This document shows positions 22,601 to 35,453 of a stretch of 64,000 nucleotides of DNA, piece after piece; positions within the stretch are counted from its first letter, which is position 1; the number at the start of each line of letters is the position of its first letter. Below the pieces are notes generated by a model. That model was not told the origin of the DNA and searched no databases. It saw only the letters and a list, made by a program, of their open reading frames with translations. The stretch comes from Sporopachydermia quercuum (taxonomy: Eukaryota), in assembly GCA_001599295.1 (NCBI GenBank), contig BCGN01000007.1, positions 919,791 through 983,790 on the forward strand, in the 5' to 3' direction. The translations under genes and the position numbers were made by a program.

Positions 22601-25600
22601 TTCGTCACAATGCTTAGAAAGTTCCTGCAAGGTGTCCTTATGCTGTGCATATCCTTGCAGACATAGGAAAGTCTCAAACGTCTGTCGTCTCGGCGTCGGA
22701 ACGTCCATTACGGTTTTAACTGACTGTTCCAGCGGCTCGCGGTCCGCGTTCCAGTCCGCAACGCGCCATCCGCATTCCAAAAGCAGGTCGGTGAAACCTT
22801 CGTGCTTGGCAAGCTCGGTTAAAATGTCCCAATGTTGAAGCTTTTCCGCGCATAGAATCCAGGAGTCTTCCCAAAGGGAATACTCGGCCTGCGAGAAGGG
22901 TAAAATGCCCGAGCGGCCTTTGATTTGTGCCGCTTCGTACTGTTGCAGGGCTTTATCGTATAAGCCGATTTGTTCAAAGGCGAGGGCGGAAGCTGTTTCG
23001 GCATACTTTGCACGGCTGCGCCACAGGCCATAAAACATGTCGGTTTCCTCTAAAGTGGCGTAGATATTGATTGTGGCGTCGAGGGTGCCTTCGTGGATGC
23101 GAGGGTTTTCTGATTTGGGATGCAAAAGTTGCGTTTCCAGCAAGTTAAGCGCGGGGTAATAGGCGTTAAAGGCGCAGCCCAGAAGTTTAATTACCTGCGG
23201 GGGCAGCTGCAGGTTGTTGCAGGCTGCTGCCGCCTCTAATAAGGTTTGGATGACGTTGGGCCGCCGCTCAGATTGCCTATTATGGTAATCTTTGCACAGG
23301 AGCGCCACCAAATGTTTGGTAAACTCTAGTTCGTCTCGGGTGGGGATTGTGGCGTACGCCACGGGGAAAAACTCAATCCAGGCGTAATGGGCCATTTTAG
23401 GTTGGATGAAATGAAGCTGGGCCAACGGATGGAGGAGATTAAGCGGGGTAATGTTTTTTATTTGGGCAATAAAGTCCCGCTGGCGGGAAATAAGGTCCAA
23501 AAGCGGAGTTTTGTTATCTAAATCTTCCATTTTCACATCCTGGTCGGAATTGGGACCCTGATTGGGAAAGTCTGCTGCCGAAACGGGCTTATATTCTTCT
23601 CCATCAGGTTTCTGGCTTCTAGTTTCAGTTACAGCCTCGCTTATTTCGCCTAGTGCGGGGAACTTGCCCTCTTTGTCCCGAACATAAATTCCTCCACTTT
23701 CGTCCAAGCTGCCGTACATCAAATAAACGGCCTGGGAAATCCAATACGAATCGGCTAAATATTCCCAATTCTGCTCTTTAACCACATACATTAACCGGAC
23801 CGAGATCTCCCGCTCTAAACTGTCCGAAAAGATCCGCATAAGCCGGTCCCGCATATGGAAATCACCGCTCCTCGTCGCCACTAAAAATGCATGTTCCAAC
23901 CGGACAGTTAGCTCCGTTCGGGCCAGTGTTTCGTCCTCAAAGATGTCCACAATTAACCGGAAGAAGTCCTTTGTAAGCGCGCTTTCTTGCCTTAATTCGA
24001 ACACCAGCATTTTGGACAAAAGCGCCACTTTTTCCTTATTTGTAGGAAACGGTTCCGTTTTGGAGAAAACCCAGGACCGGACAAGCGCGAGTATTTTGCT
24101 TAAAAGGGTAATGTCTACCGACCGGTCGAGTAATTGTCCAATTAGGGTAAGGAAGATGCGCCTTTGGTCGCCGAGATGAGAGATTCGGACCGCTCCGAGG
24201 TGAAGAATGCCGAGCATTAGTTTCACTACTGTTTGCGGATCCAGTTCCGGAACCGGAACTGTTACCGTGGCGGAGGCAGACGCAGACGCGGCACCGGAAG
24301 GGTTGCCTAAACCAGCTCCAGAAGAAGCCACAGTCGCCAAACTAGCCCCCGAACTCGATCGAGAAACATTGCCCGCGGCTGCTGCTGCCGGACCCGAGTT
24401 AGTACCGTTAGCCGAGCCATTTTGGCCCGAATTGGCGTTTGTACTGCTATGAGCAGCTGCTGCGCCTCCTCCGGTACTGGCTCCGCCTCCGTTAGCTGTG
24501 GCGCCAGCGATATGCTCTTTCCCCAAGCGGCCAAACGCCCGCATCAAATGGGGAAATAAGCTGTCTAAAGTATGTGGCTTGTACTTCACTAGAGTGTGGC
24601 ACAGTGCCACTCCGGCCGCCATCCCATCTGGGGTGGCCAGAAACTCAATAATAACGGTAACTATACTTTGGAGGAAGGTTTTAACTTCGTCAGGCTGATC
24701 TTCCTCTTTAGGACACTCAGTTATAATTGAGTTAAGTATTATGTCTAGAATAGGCTGCAGGGCGTCTTGGATTTCCGCATTAGGCGATTTCAGGCACTTT
24801 TCCGTCAACCTTCCTAATTGGTCCATATTATCAATTACCCAATCTGGCGATTTCCATTCCAATGCCGCATCCAGCACTGCAAGGGCGTTTAAACAGTACG
24901 GAATAGTGCTAAGATTGGAGATGTCCGGAAGCACTAAAAAGCGGTCGAAAAAGCTCAGTTTTATTACCACTTCGGGCCAAAGCTTAGGGGCTAAAAGCTC
25001 AGATAAAATTTTAAGCGCACGGGAGCATAATTCCGAATCAGGCAGTTTCTGGCCAGAAACGCATATAAATCGAATCAAAAAGGTAATGCAGCCTTCTCTT
25101 TGGTTTAACGGCACGGAATAAGTTTCCTGTTTAGTCTTGGCGGGGGTTGATTTGTCGGTTTCCCCATCGGTCATTTCAACGTCTCCGGCATTGGAGTTTA
25201 TTGTTTCCGGTTTCAGTAGAGAGTCAAGAGAATCATTGCCGTTTCCAGCGCCTGAATCAGTCGCCGAAGCGGAAGTGTCGTTCTTAGTGTCTTTGGGTGA
25301 ATTCGCGGCTAGCTTGCCGGTTCCAGCTTCCACTTTGAGTTCTTTCTCTGTCTCCTTTCCCGTTTCTGCTCCCTTTTCCGCTGCTGCGGCAGCCTCNGCT
25401 TCCGCCTCGGCTCGTCTTTCCCATTTCAGAATCAGCTCGGCAAAATCTATGGCCAACGTCTGATTGTCGGCATGGGCATTAGCAGCGGCAGTCAATTTAG
25501 TCATCGCGGCAACTATATTTGGAATAAAATGATCCCGCGCCTCAAAAAACAAATCGGGATGTCGAACAATAAACTGATGCACGCTCATTACCTGTGTGAC

Positions 25601-28600
25601 ACTAAACCCGTCTTCGGAAAGGACCCGTCTCGGCCATTTTACCCAAAGTGGCGAATTTATCCGCTGGGGAAGGACCGCGGCTAAATTGTCCAACGCTTGC
25701 CGCACTAAGTACCGCGTGTCCATCTGAAACGTTCTTAGAAGGGCAACATAAACCTGGGTAACTATCTTAGACGGGGTATCATAAGCCTTAATGAATAAGG
25801 TTATGACCAAATAGGCGGAAAGCTTAGTGATTGAGTCTTCGAGCTTAATATAGTTCCAGCCGAACTTTATGATGTCTTTGCGCATTTCGGTTACTATATT
25901 TGGGCCGAACTGCATGATAATAGCCGTCATTTGCAGTAACTCTAATCTGAAACGGTCTAAAGGCCCACCGGATTCGGAAGCAATTGGGCTTGAATTGGCG
26001 GAAGAAGCGAGACAAGGTTTCCAGACTTTATTATGGACTAAATCCAGCCAAATTGGGGAGTTATTGCCTAACCGGGACAGATTGCCGGCGGAGAGTCCCT
26101 CAATAAGTAATAATGGGTTAATGATATGCTTGTATATGTAGTGTTTGCATTCCGTGCAGCAAACTTTATTGCTGGTGAAACTTAAACATTTTTCCAGAAC
26201 TGTATCTTGGAATTCGGATTGTGGCGCGGTGACAATGGCGTTCCAGATAAAGTTCTCCACGGCGGGGGCCACGGCGATGTCCAAAAAGGAGAGTTTGTTG
26301 ACCAAATCGAGTAATGCGGTTAAATCCTGAGGTGCAGTAGTGAAATAGTCCACGTACAAATCCTGAAGTTTATTCAAACTTTGCTCTAGTTGAAATCTTC
26401 CTGGGGAGGAAAGTGGCGCAGTGCTTTCTTTAGTAACCATTTCCTGCATAAGACTGCATAGAAACTCTAAACTCTGTTTCCGTTTTGAGGTGAATTTTCC
26501 CGATTCGGCGCCAAAATGCACCAAAACGGATAAAATATCGACACAATTGGCAAACCTTGTCACGCTTTTGTCTCCACTCAATACTTTATCCATTTCCGGC
26601 AATGTTTCCTCAACATAGCTCCGAAGCCGGGGACATAGCGGCGAACTTAGGAAGTAGCTAAACCTTGTTCCCATTTCTCGGTCAGACAGCCTATTTAGGA
26701 AATATTGACCTGCCTCTTTGGGAAACTGGTTTAAATACTTCGCCACAGGTTCCCGAAAGGGGGAATCCGTCTTGCGCCTCAAATGAGCCTCCAGAAACAT
26801 TAAGGTTTTCATAATCTCGTCCAAAAAGGTAAATGCTGCTTTAGGAAGCAAATGAAACACCTGCAGGATCGCCACAATTATCTGAATCGTCGGCTGATGG
26901 TCCAAAGCTTCCGAGCTAAGTTCGGCGAGTTCTGCCGGTTGAGCCCAAGCTTTTAGATGGTCCAAAAGCTTCCGGCCAATCTCAACCTTAAAATAACTAA
27001 TAAGTAACTCTAAAAGCCGGGCTAAGCCTTCCAACCCTGATACAGTTAATTTTGTGTGATCCGAAAGATGCATTAACATGGGCCTAAGTCCGTTTTGTAA
27101 GAGTTCTTTCGGGAGCTTTGTGTTCAAGGCCAATACCGTTTGTAGCCCTTTATGTGCGGCATCGATTACCTCTTTGGACCGAGCCGATAAGGTTTTGAAA
27201 AACACGGCTAGAATCCGGATTCGGATTTGACCGTTTTGGGCTCCTGCAAATTCCGGTTTAGTCAGCGCAAGCGCCAAAAGCCGGATACACACAACTCGAA
27301 GCTGCACTAGTTGTTCCGCGGTTCGGTGTTCCAGAACCCGAGATGCAGATGTCAGCGACTCGTCGTCGGCATCCACTAAAGCAACTGCCTCCAGCAATAG
27401 CCGCGTTAATTCTTCCGAAAAGGTTAGAAACGTGTTGTCTAAACCTAAAATATACGTAACCGCGTCTATTGAGCCGATTTGCATTGGGAAGGGAAGCGCG
27501 CGTAATGGTTTGCCAAAAATGGGGGCTAAAAGCACGTTTTTGCATGGGTGAACTAAAGCCGAAATCGATTTGCCGGTTTTTTCGCTTAAAACTGCTAAAG
27601 CCGCCTGCGCCACATCTCGGACGGCGCTGTTAGCGTTGCCAAGGTCGTACACAAGCGTAGAGCTGAGCCCCAAAAAGGGTCTTGACGCCACATCCGTTTC
27701 GAGCGAATTACACTGGGCTAAAATGTACAAAATGGTGTCTTTAGCCGAGGTTTTAACCGTTTGCGGAGCTTCCGGGGGCAAATCTCGGAGCACAAATATC
27801 ATAGCCCGGGTCAGTTCAATTTGCCTACCCGAGAAATAGCTGGCGGTGATCCCCAAATCCCGAACCATTAAACTTACACCCGCACATCCTCCGGCTTTAT
27901 TGTAGTATTCTTCCTCATAGCACGCGTGCAGAAACGTGTCTAACACCGATCGAAGATACGGCGAGGTTAGAGTTTGCCCCGCCGTGGGGTAAATCACACT
28001 TAAAGTCCGGAATAGTGTTTGCAGCGCGCGTTTACCGGCGTCCTGTACATCCGAAAGGTAAAAGCCGAGTGCGTAGGAAATAGCAGAGAGATAAGGTTCG
28101 TCGGAAAGAAAGACGGCGCCTTCGGAATCGGAGACGGCAAAGGGTCTTTCCCGTCGGCGTTTCTCCACGGCTAAACGACCTAAAGAGAATAGCGCAATGT
28201 ATTCTGCGAACCGGTCGATAAGGTTGAGAGCTTCCGTTTTAAGGTCAGGAAGCGAGGTTGCAAAAAACAAGGTTTCAAATAGCCGGCGGGCTAACTTTTC
28301 CCGCATTTGGACTTTGGCCGGATCGATGATCTTAACCGCGGCTAGTGGTTTTTCTCCCCCCAGTCGTTTTTCGCCTAAAGTCGTCACTGCAGCAGAAACT
28401 CGGTGCGAAAAGTCGTCTGGGATCGGCTCCGCGTCTATAAACAGTAATAATAGCCGGGACAGGTATTTAAAGGCACTAATTCGGTATTCCGAACTAACAC
28501 GGGAATCCTCAAGCACAGAAATCGCTCCGGAAACTCCCGATGAGACCGAAAAAGTAACCGGAGCCGCGGCTCCAATCACTCGCATTGTAGCCTTAACCGA

Positions 28601-31600
28601 CTGGTCTAATTCATCCTCAGTAACTAAATCATGCGGAGGACGCATAAACTTCCGGTTCCGGCCCCCTAATTTGCCTAATATCCGGAATGTAGTGTGGCTG
28701 TGGCCGTGATTGTACGGTAACGGCTTTAAATGACGCCACAGCGCCTTCATAATCTCTTCCAAAACGGGTTCCATTATAGGGTCTAGGTACTCGGCGGTAA
28801 GGTTATCGACGCATAATTCGAGGGTGCGTAAGCCTTGGGAAACCAGTTCCGGATTGCCGTTTAGAGCATACACTAAGGGACGCATCAATTGGGACAGATG
28901 GGGTACTAAAAGGGATAGTCTAACCGGAATAGTTAGGCATAATTCAACGTAAATGTCCTTTTCCACCTGTTTCCGAGCCGTGTTTAATAGCCGGTTAAGA
29001 GACTCTAAAAGGACTTGCAACAACGGCAATATTTCCTTATAGAGAGCTTCGAAGCGGCCACCTCCAATCGAGCGGAAGAGAGTCCNAATTAGGAAGAAAT
29101 AAACCAAGGGCTCTCTTGCCGAAGTAGCTAATTTAAGCGAGTGTAAAATTAGCTTGTTCATATGGGGCAAAAGCATTTTCTCATTAGCGGCGGGGAATAA
29201 ATTAACCGACATGAAGGCGAGTTTAAATAGCTTCAATAGGATAGAAGATCTAGCCGAGTCTAATTCGCCTAAAAGAGGAAGTTTTTCCCGAAGAAACGAA
29301 AGCAAAATTCCAGAAAAATTTGCCGAGGAATGTTCGTTCGTTAGGAAAAACTGGGGTACGTGTAAAAGCGAAGGGTTGTCGAATAAAGCCGAGTAGAAAA
29401 ACGGCATTTCGTGCTGGACGATTTCGTTGAATGTGGCGGGATCTAAATGGGTGCAAACGGCAGCAAAAGTGTCCATTAGTTCTTTTTCCTCTTTTGTTGT
29501 GATGGCCGTAGGAGGAGGTGGAGGCGGAGTCGAGGTTGTGTTTGTACTAAGGTTCCCGTTCCGTGTCTCACTTCCGATTCCGGTGTTAGTGCTATTAGGA
29601 ACAATATGGCCTTCGGCTGCTGCCTGAGAAAAGAACCTTAACCCCAAAAGACCCTCCCGGAAGAAAGTTCGAAAGATGATAACTTCCTCATACGAGAAAA
29701 TCCGGGCGAAATCCTGCCAATTGTGTCCTGAGGGTCCCGAGGGCACGTGACCAGGGGCCGGAGGATTCGAGGCTTTAATCCCGAACGTGATAGTCTTTAG
29801 AAAGCTTAAAATAGTGCGGAAAAGATACCTTGCTTCATGAAGAGAGTCTGTGGTAGGGTCTGGCGATAATTTTATTGGCATTTCTTTATAAATATCAAAT
29901 TTATCTGGAAGGGTCGGAGAAGGACTCTGATGGGAGTTACCCTCTTTCCCTCTATTTTCTTTATCTTCAGAGCTGTCCCCTTTTGTCACGTGATCAAGTT
30001 TATTCCTCGCCTCTTCAGTGAATACGTCATCTTTATGTAGAACATTATTAGAGTCCATTTTCTCCCCTAAAACTCCCCTGTGGATTTCGGGCCGACGAGT
30101 TATCTTATAGCTTTGCTTCACTTTCTGATCCTCTAATACTCGTTTCTGGGCTTTCACGTGGCTTCTCACTACATTTTCATACGTTCCATTCAGCATCTTT
30201 AACCGTTNAATGTAGGCATCAACTATCATCATCACCAGCTTCCGAGCTTCGGCTTTATTAGGAGCTCGGGTGATCCGCTCCACCAAATTCAACAGGATTT
30301 TGGCACTCATTATTTGTACAGTCTGAGCTAAAGTTGGATCCAGCATGTTTTTGCAGTACAGTTTAATAGTACGGAACACTTGAGCCTCGGTTAACTGGAA
30401 TCTGACATGATGAATAAAGTCAGCCAACGTAGAAAATGCAAGAGGCCGTAATGTTTCATAAGCGGTTAAACCATCGCCAACAAGAACTCGCTCGTTGAAT
30501 AAAAGATCTATTTTAGGAACAAATCTGTCTCTGAAGTCTGTTGATAGAATATGTCGTGTGGCATGAAGGAGCTCTTTCCTCGCTGAGGACATTTCGCAAG
30601 GACAATCCTGTAGTAATCTGCAAATCAAGTCCGGAATGAGTTCCTGGTAGTTATTTTCCTTCAGGACAGCCCCCGCGTAGTTTCTGATGAAGACGTAAGC
30701 TAGAAAAGAGGCTGCTTTCACTTGTCCAAGGATGAACTCACCATACGCGGCTCTATTTTTTATCTGGGGAGCCACTTGAGACGTATAAAGCTCTCCGCGA
30801 GCTTCTGCCGCAGCNCGGGCTTCTGCTTGAGGTNCCGCTTGTAATGACAGAATATCAATGATATGGGGGATAAATTTAGGTAAAGTGGTCTCCACCAGGT
30901 TTTTATATGAAGAATACAAGCTTACCATTATGATAGGACATTCTGAGAGTGTTTTAAAAGAAGCCATGGCATGAGGTAGCTGTTTTGAAGGTGAATCATT
31001 TGATAAATCAGTCAATTGAGGTGACATAGGCTTAGGCGATAGAAAAGAATTGACAGGAGTGTTGCCAGCAGATATTTGGTTATTGCCAGAAAATGTTTCA
31101 TGAACAACTTGAGGCATAACCCTGTAAATCTCCGTTATAGTGTCAATAAAGCTATGAACTGAGTCCATCAGCATATCCTTATAAGCCTTATGGAAACTAA
31201 CAACAATCTTCATAATAAGCACTCCATTATCTTCATTTTCAGTCTTTAGAATCGTTTGTAGAGGTACTAATATCTCTTTGCAATAAGGACGGAAAGCATC
31301 AGTTAACTGAAGTCGGTGAATTATCTCTAAGATATAATTTCTTGCTCGATGTTCGTTTGAAGCTGATGAGAAGCTTACGGGGATTTGAGACAATTGGTTC
31401 ACCAATGGTGAGACCATTACTTTAAGAAAATGATCGTATTCTGAAGGAGCAAAGAAAGATTCGATGACATCGCAGAGTTCTCCTAAGCAGGAGATTTTCA
31501 CTTTGAGGTCTATGACTGTTAGTATCAGTTGATGCCAAGGGATAAAAAAGGGTATGAAAATGGTAGATGAATAAGAGAAAAAGACAGGAAACAACAACAA

Positions 31601-31810
31601 TATAGACAGCAATTGATAGAATAGAATTGCCAGTGTCGGACTCATTGCTACTATGTTTATGTTTTTATATTATTGCTATTATGTTCATAGATCATTTCCT
31701 TTCACTTAATCTGTATCTGCCACGATCATATAAACAACTTATCTGTGATACTTACCATCTTCTTGTAATTTAGCAGCAAAAACTTCTGCTTGAACTGGAA
31801 CTCCTGACAT
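19661..31810 (-). CDS. TRA1: Tra1/TRRAP pseudo-PIKK subunit of SAGA/NuA4; exons 31810-31756 and 31509-19661
   Basis: About 3960 aa with HEAT, FAT, PI3K-like and FATC regions (SFKTLSECPIIMVSLY, IEVPGQYL, QFPAARHCRREER, EPVPFRLTPNLQ, LAMADALWMPFL); exon 1 MSGVPVQAEVFAAKLQED followed by GTAAGT...TACTAAC...TAG; the ORF-track start lies inside the intron. Confidence 0.96.
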
Positions 31811-33584
31811 TTTTCACTGTGGACTTTTATTCCTGTGATATTCTAGTGTTGGATTCAATACTGTACAACGTGAATGAATGTGTATGCTAATAAGCTGCGA
31901 ATGCAATGTATATATTTTTTACGAGAATTACTGGTTTAGGGGTTCTGGGTTTCTAACTTCTGAATCTATAACGTCGAAATTCTGTGTATCAATTGTAGCT
32001 GAATCGTACTGGTGCCTCCTGATCAACAGCCAGTTTCGTGTTCCTGGTTTCTGTTGCTGCTTCTGATTTCTGATTTCTGATTTCTCCTTCTGATTGCTCA
32101 GATGCTTGCAATAACAACAACTCGTGCGCAATTACGGTGATTATAAGGCATCCACGTTGCTAGCACGTAAATAACGAAAATCTGCTGCAATTGAACTTCC
32201 AGCTGCTGTAACAACAACTAGAAGAAACAGAATTGAGAACTGAACTAGAATCAAATCAATCAACTACCCAACGGCTTTTTATGNAATCAAATAGGCAATT
32301 CAATCAATCAACTCAACTTTTGCTTCTCTCCTTCTTCTTTGTTCTATTTGTTGTATAGCTTGATTCCTATACTTTTTTATCCTCCAATGTTCAAATAGTT
32401 CTTTCATTATAAGAAAAGGAAACTTTTCACTAGGAGATTTGTTGATGGTGAGAAAGGAAGTGTCTTAAGACAGGGGTGTGTATTTGGGAAAAACAATGAA
32501 ATGAAAAATGTGGGCGATCAGTTTGGCAGTTTTGCTGACGTAAGCAAATGGATGGGGTATGTTGGAGATAGAGAATAACGGAAATGATAGGAAGGAGATA
32601 GAAATGGGCAATTGATAATATATGACAATAAGTGATTTAAATATATGTTCAAATATATATATCAAGTGTGAATACATGCATTCTGCAAATGAAAAAAGAT
32701 AGCTACTTTAGTTGTTTCTGATGCTTTATTCTTGTGTCTGAGGTTTGCTGGATTGTGGGAGCTTGGAGTAGAAACTGAGANGTGAGGAAGCTGGGAATGG
32801 AGAATTTGGAGAATGAAGTGTAGAGTTCTGGTAGTAGATAGAGTTGAGAATAATGAACGCCTAACTTGATTTTTTTGTTATTCGTTTCTCAAAACTAAGC
32901 AGATTGCGGCNGCTGCTTGTTCAGAGTGGTTTATAGCTTGATTATCATTAGTAGAAACAAAGAAACAGAAGGCTGATTATATAGAGAAAGGATATGCTTC
33001 AATTGGCGATTCAACGAAAATGATCCTTTAGCTGACAATCATTGGCCCGGCTAGTTATTTTGGGCACTCTATTAAACTAACCTTTACCTAACTCAGGTTA
33101 CTACTAAAGAATGCTAGTATATATCAAGCAGTTACTATTCTATGGCTGGTTTTTACTGAAAGCCATTGTCAGTTTCCATCATCCATGAAGAATACTAATA
33201 CATATCGCTATACTGCATAAAAAATGAGGTCTGAGCAAGGCCAATTAAATTTTCTACTGATATTTTCATGGTAAATTAATAGTCATTGTTTTGCTTCCAA
33301 TAATCATTCATTATTCCTTTGAATTTCCTCTAGTATTTTCTGTTTTAGCGTAATTAGTCTTTCTTTATAGTTTATTTAGCGAAACTTTAATACTCCAATC
33401 AGGAAGGTATAAGTAACTATTGTGAACTTAACTCTAAACTTATAAGGCTTAACATCATAGAAATCAAATATAACTTTCTTCNACACTATTCACAATATGG
33501 AACTACTAAATAAGTTACTAATAACCAAGCCAGAAAAGAAAAGAAAAATCATATCGTCATAAATAACAGATTCCTCTCTAGGCT

Positions 33585-34583
33585 TTATTCATAACCATTT
33601 TTAATTTCCTCTAAAGTATCAACAGAGCCAAATGATTGTTCAATTCCCTGAGGACCTGGATTCTTCCAATAGTCATCAAAAGCAGTAAAAAGCACTACTT
33701 CTCCACCAGTTTTATATAAAATATCAGTCAGAACACGTTTCTGGTTCTCTTTCGTTGGATTATGGAGGCCAAATTTGTTACCGGAATGAGGATAACCTGT
33801 CTCCACTACAAATACTTGTTTCCCAGGGCATATGCCTTGTATCATATTGATTTGATTAATAACGAACAGCCCACAATGATCAATAGAAACTTCAGGAGCA
33901 AAATAGGGATGTGAATTTATACCAATAAAGTCAACTGCATCATTTTGGCATATTTCTGGGAACCATTCAATTGCTACTGGTGGCTCTGCCGTGCCAATAG
34001 GTCCCGAATACCCAGCGTCATTAAGCTTATGTTTAACCTCATCAATTTTATTTAATAGCTCATAGGAATTAACATACCCAAGGAAAATAGCCTCGTTTCC
34101 AACCATTATATTTTCAATCAAATGCCACCAGGTTTTTCCATTGCTGTCAGAACCATCCATTTGCCATATAAAATAATCTACTTGATGGTTCACTTGATCA
34201 ATGCCTCCACCTGGGATCCAGAATCCCATTAACAGTTTAATATCTTTTTCTTCAAATGTACCACGCATAAAACTAAGACAATCACAGTCATTAGCATACA
34301 ATCGTATTTTCTTGATTCCTAAATTAGTAAAAGCATCTAAATCTTTGGATATTTGGAAACCTGATTTGCAAGTACCTTCATTGTTGAAAGGTGAATATGT
34401 GATTCCTGTAGGCATAGGAATATCTGTGATTGATACAACAGCTAGAGGAGAAGGACTATGGTTAATGAGAAGATGAAGGATATGTGTTATTGAAGATATT
34501 ACAATGAGTTATAATTGCTTTGAAGTGTACATACATTTAACCGCTAAGAAGAGCAAAAGCGGTATTTGAAACGCAGCTAGCAT
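33585..34583 (-). CDS. Secreted glycoside hydrolase family 17 glucanase (Scw4/Scw10/Scw11-like); exons 34583-34535 and 34441-33585
   Basis: GITYSPF...CKS, IRLYANDC, catalytic VGNEA and VVETGYP, FTAFDDYWKNPG; exon 1 supplies a signal peptide MLAAFQIPLLLFLAVK; intron GTATGT...CATTAAC...TAG(34442) keeps the frame. Confidence 0.88.
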
Positions 34584-35453
34584 GCTTGATCCAGCGAGTA
34601 GTTTTTGGTGCAAGTCGTGGATTAGAAACAATTAGAAGTTAAGACAATTATAATTGATCTGACTATTTATTCCATAGTGATTTTAAATAATAATACAACT
34701 GACATTAATAAATAGTAAATAGTTATAATAAGTACAATGAATGTTCATTGGATTAATTGCTTAAGGCTTGACAGCTGAGTATATATAGTATCCTCTTTCA
34801 TTACGTTGACCTTTGAGAGATCTCAACTGATAGATCAAATAATCATTGACGGCATCGATTGAGAAGAATCAAAATAAGNGTTGGTTTGTTTCTTTGTTCC
34901 TATTTGTTTCATAGTATTCGTGGTTAACTATTGGATCTCAACGGAGAGTTGTTAGTAGTTAGAATGACCAGTATGTGGTTGTCGAGGAGGAATTAGAATA
35001 AAGGTCCATTGCCTTGGAGTTTCTTCGATTCAATCTAAGACCTAGTTTAGTTTGGGAGTTTGATTAAGGTTAGAAAACAGAAGGAAGTTACTGTGGAGTC
35101 CAAATAAACCTGTTTACTACTGAAATGAAAAGATATCTTCTTAATTTTTTCGAAAGCAGCATTTAGAGCTTATTATATTGCTTTGTAGTATCAACTCTAT
35201 TAAAAAGTATAGCGTGTATTTTCTTATTTCTTTCCGTCAACTTGGTGAGTAGTTCCCATAGCTTTTTAAAGATAGATCTTGGTTCTTATTAAGGTTATAA
35301 GCCTTATGTTTAAGTTTGTTAAACTATTATTAAGTTTATCTTTTGACAAACCTTATATTCGAATCAAATATCAGGCACATTTTGTTCTTTATTACATTTT
35401 GATTGAAAAGCAAACAGTAGCTACTATATAAAAGATTATTTGCAAATAAACTC

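Noticed and set aside
19797..29627. Many short ORFs overlapping TRA1
   Set aside because: Expected antisense and alternate-frame ORFs in a GC-richer long gene; no independent coding signal
31510..31645. Hydrophobic signal-peptide-like N-terminus on Tra1 in the ORF track
   Set aside because: It is translated intron sequence (pyrimidine-rich 3' half); the real exon 1 is 31810-31756
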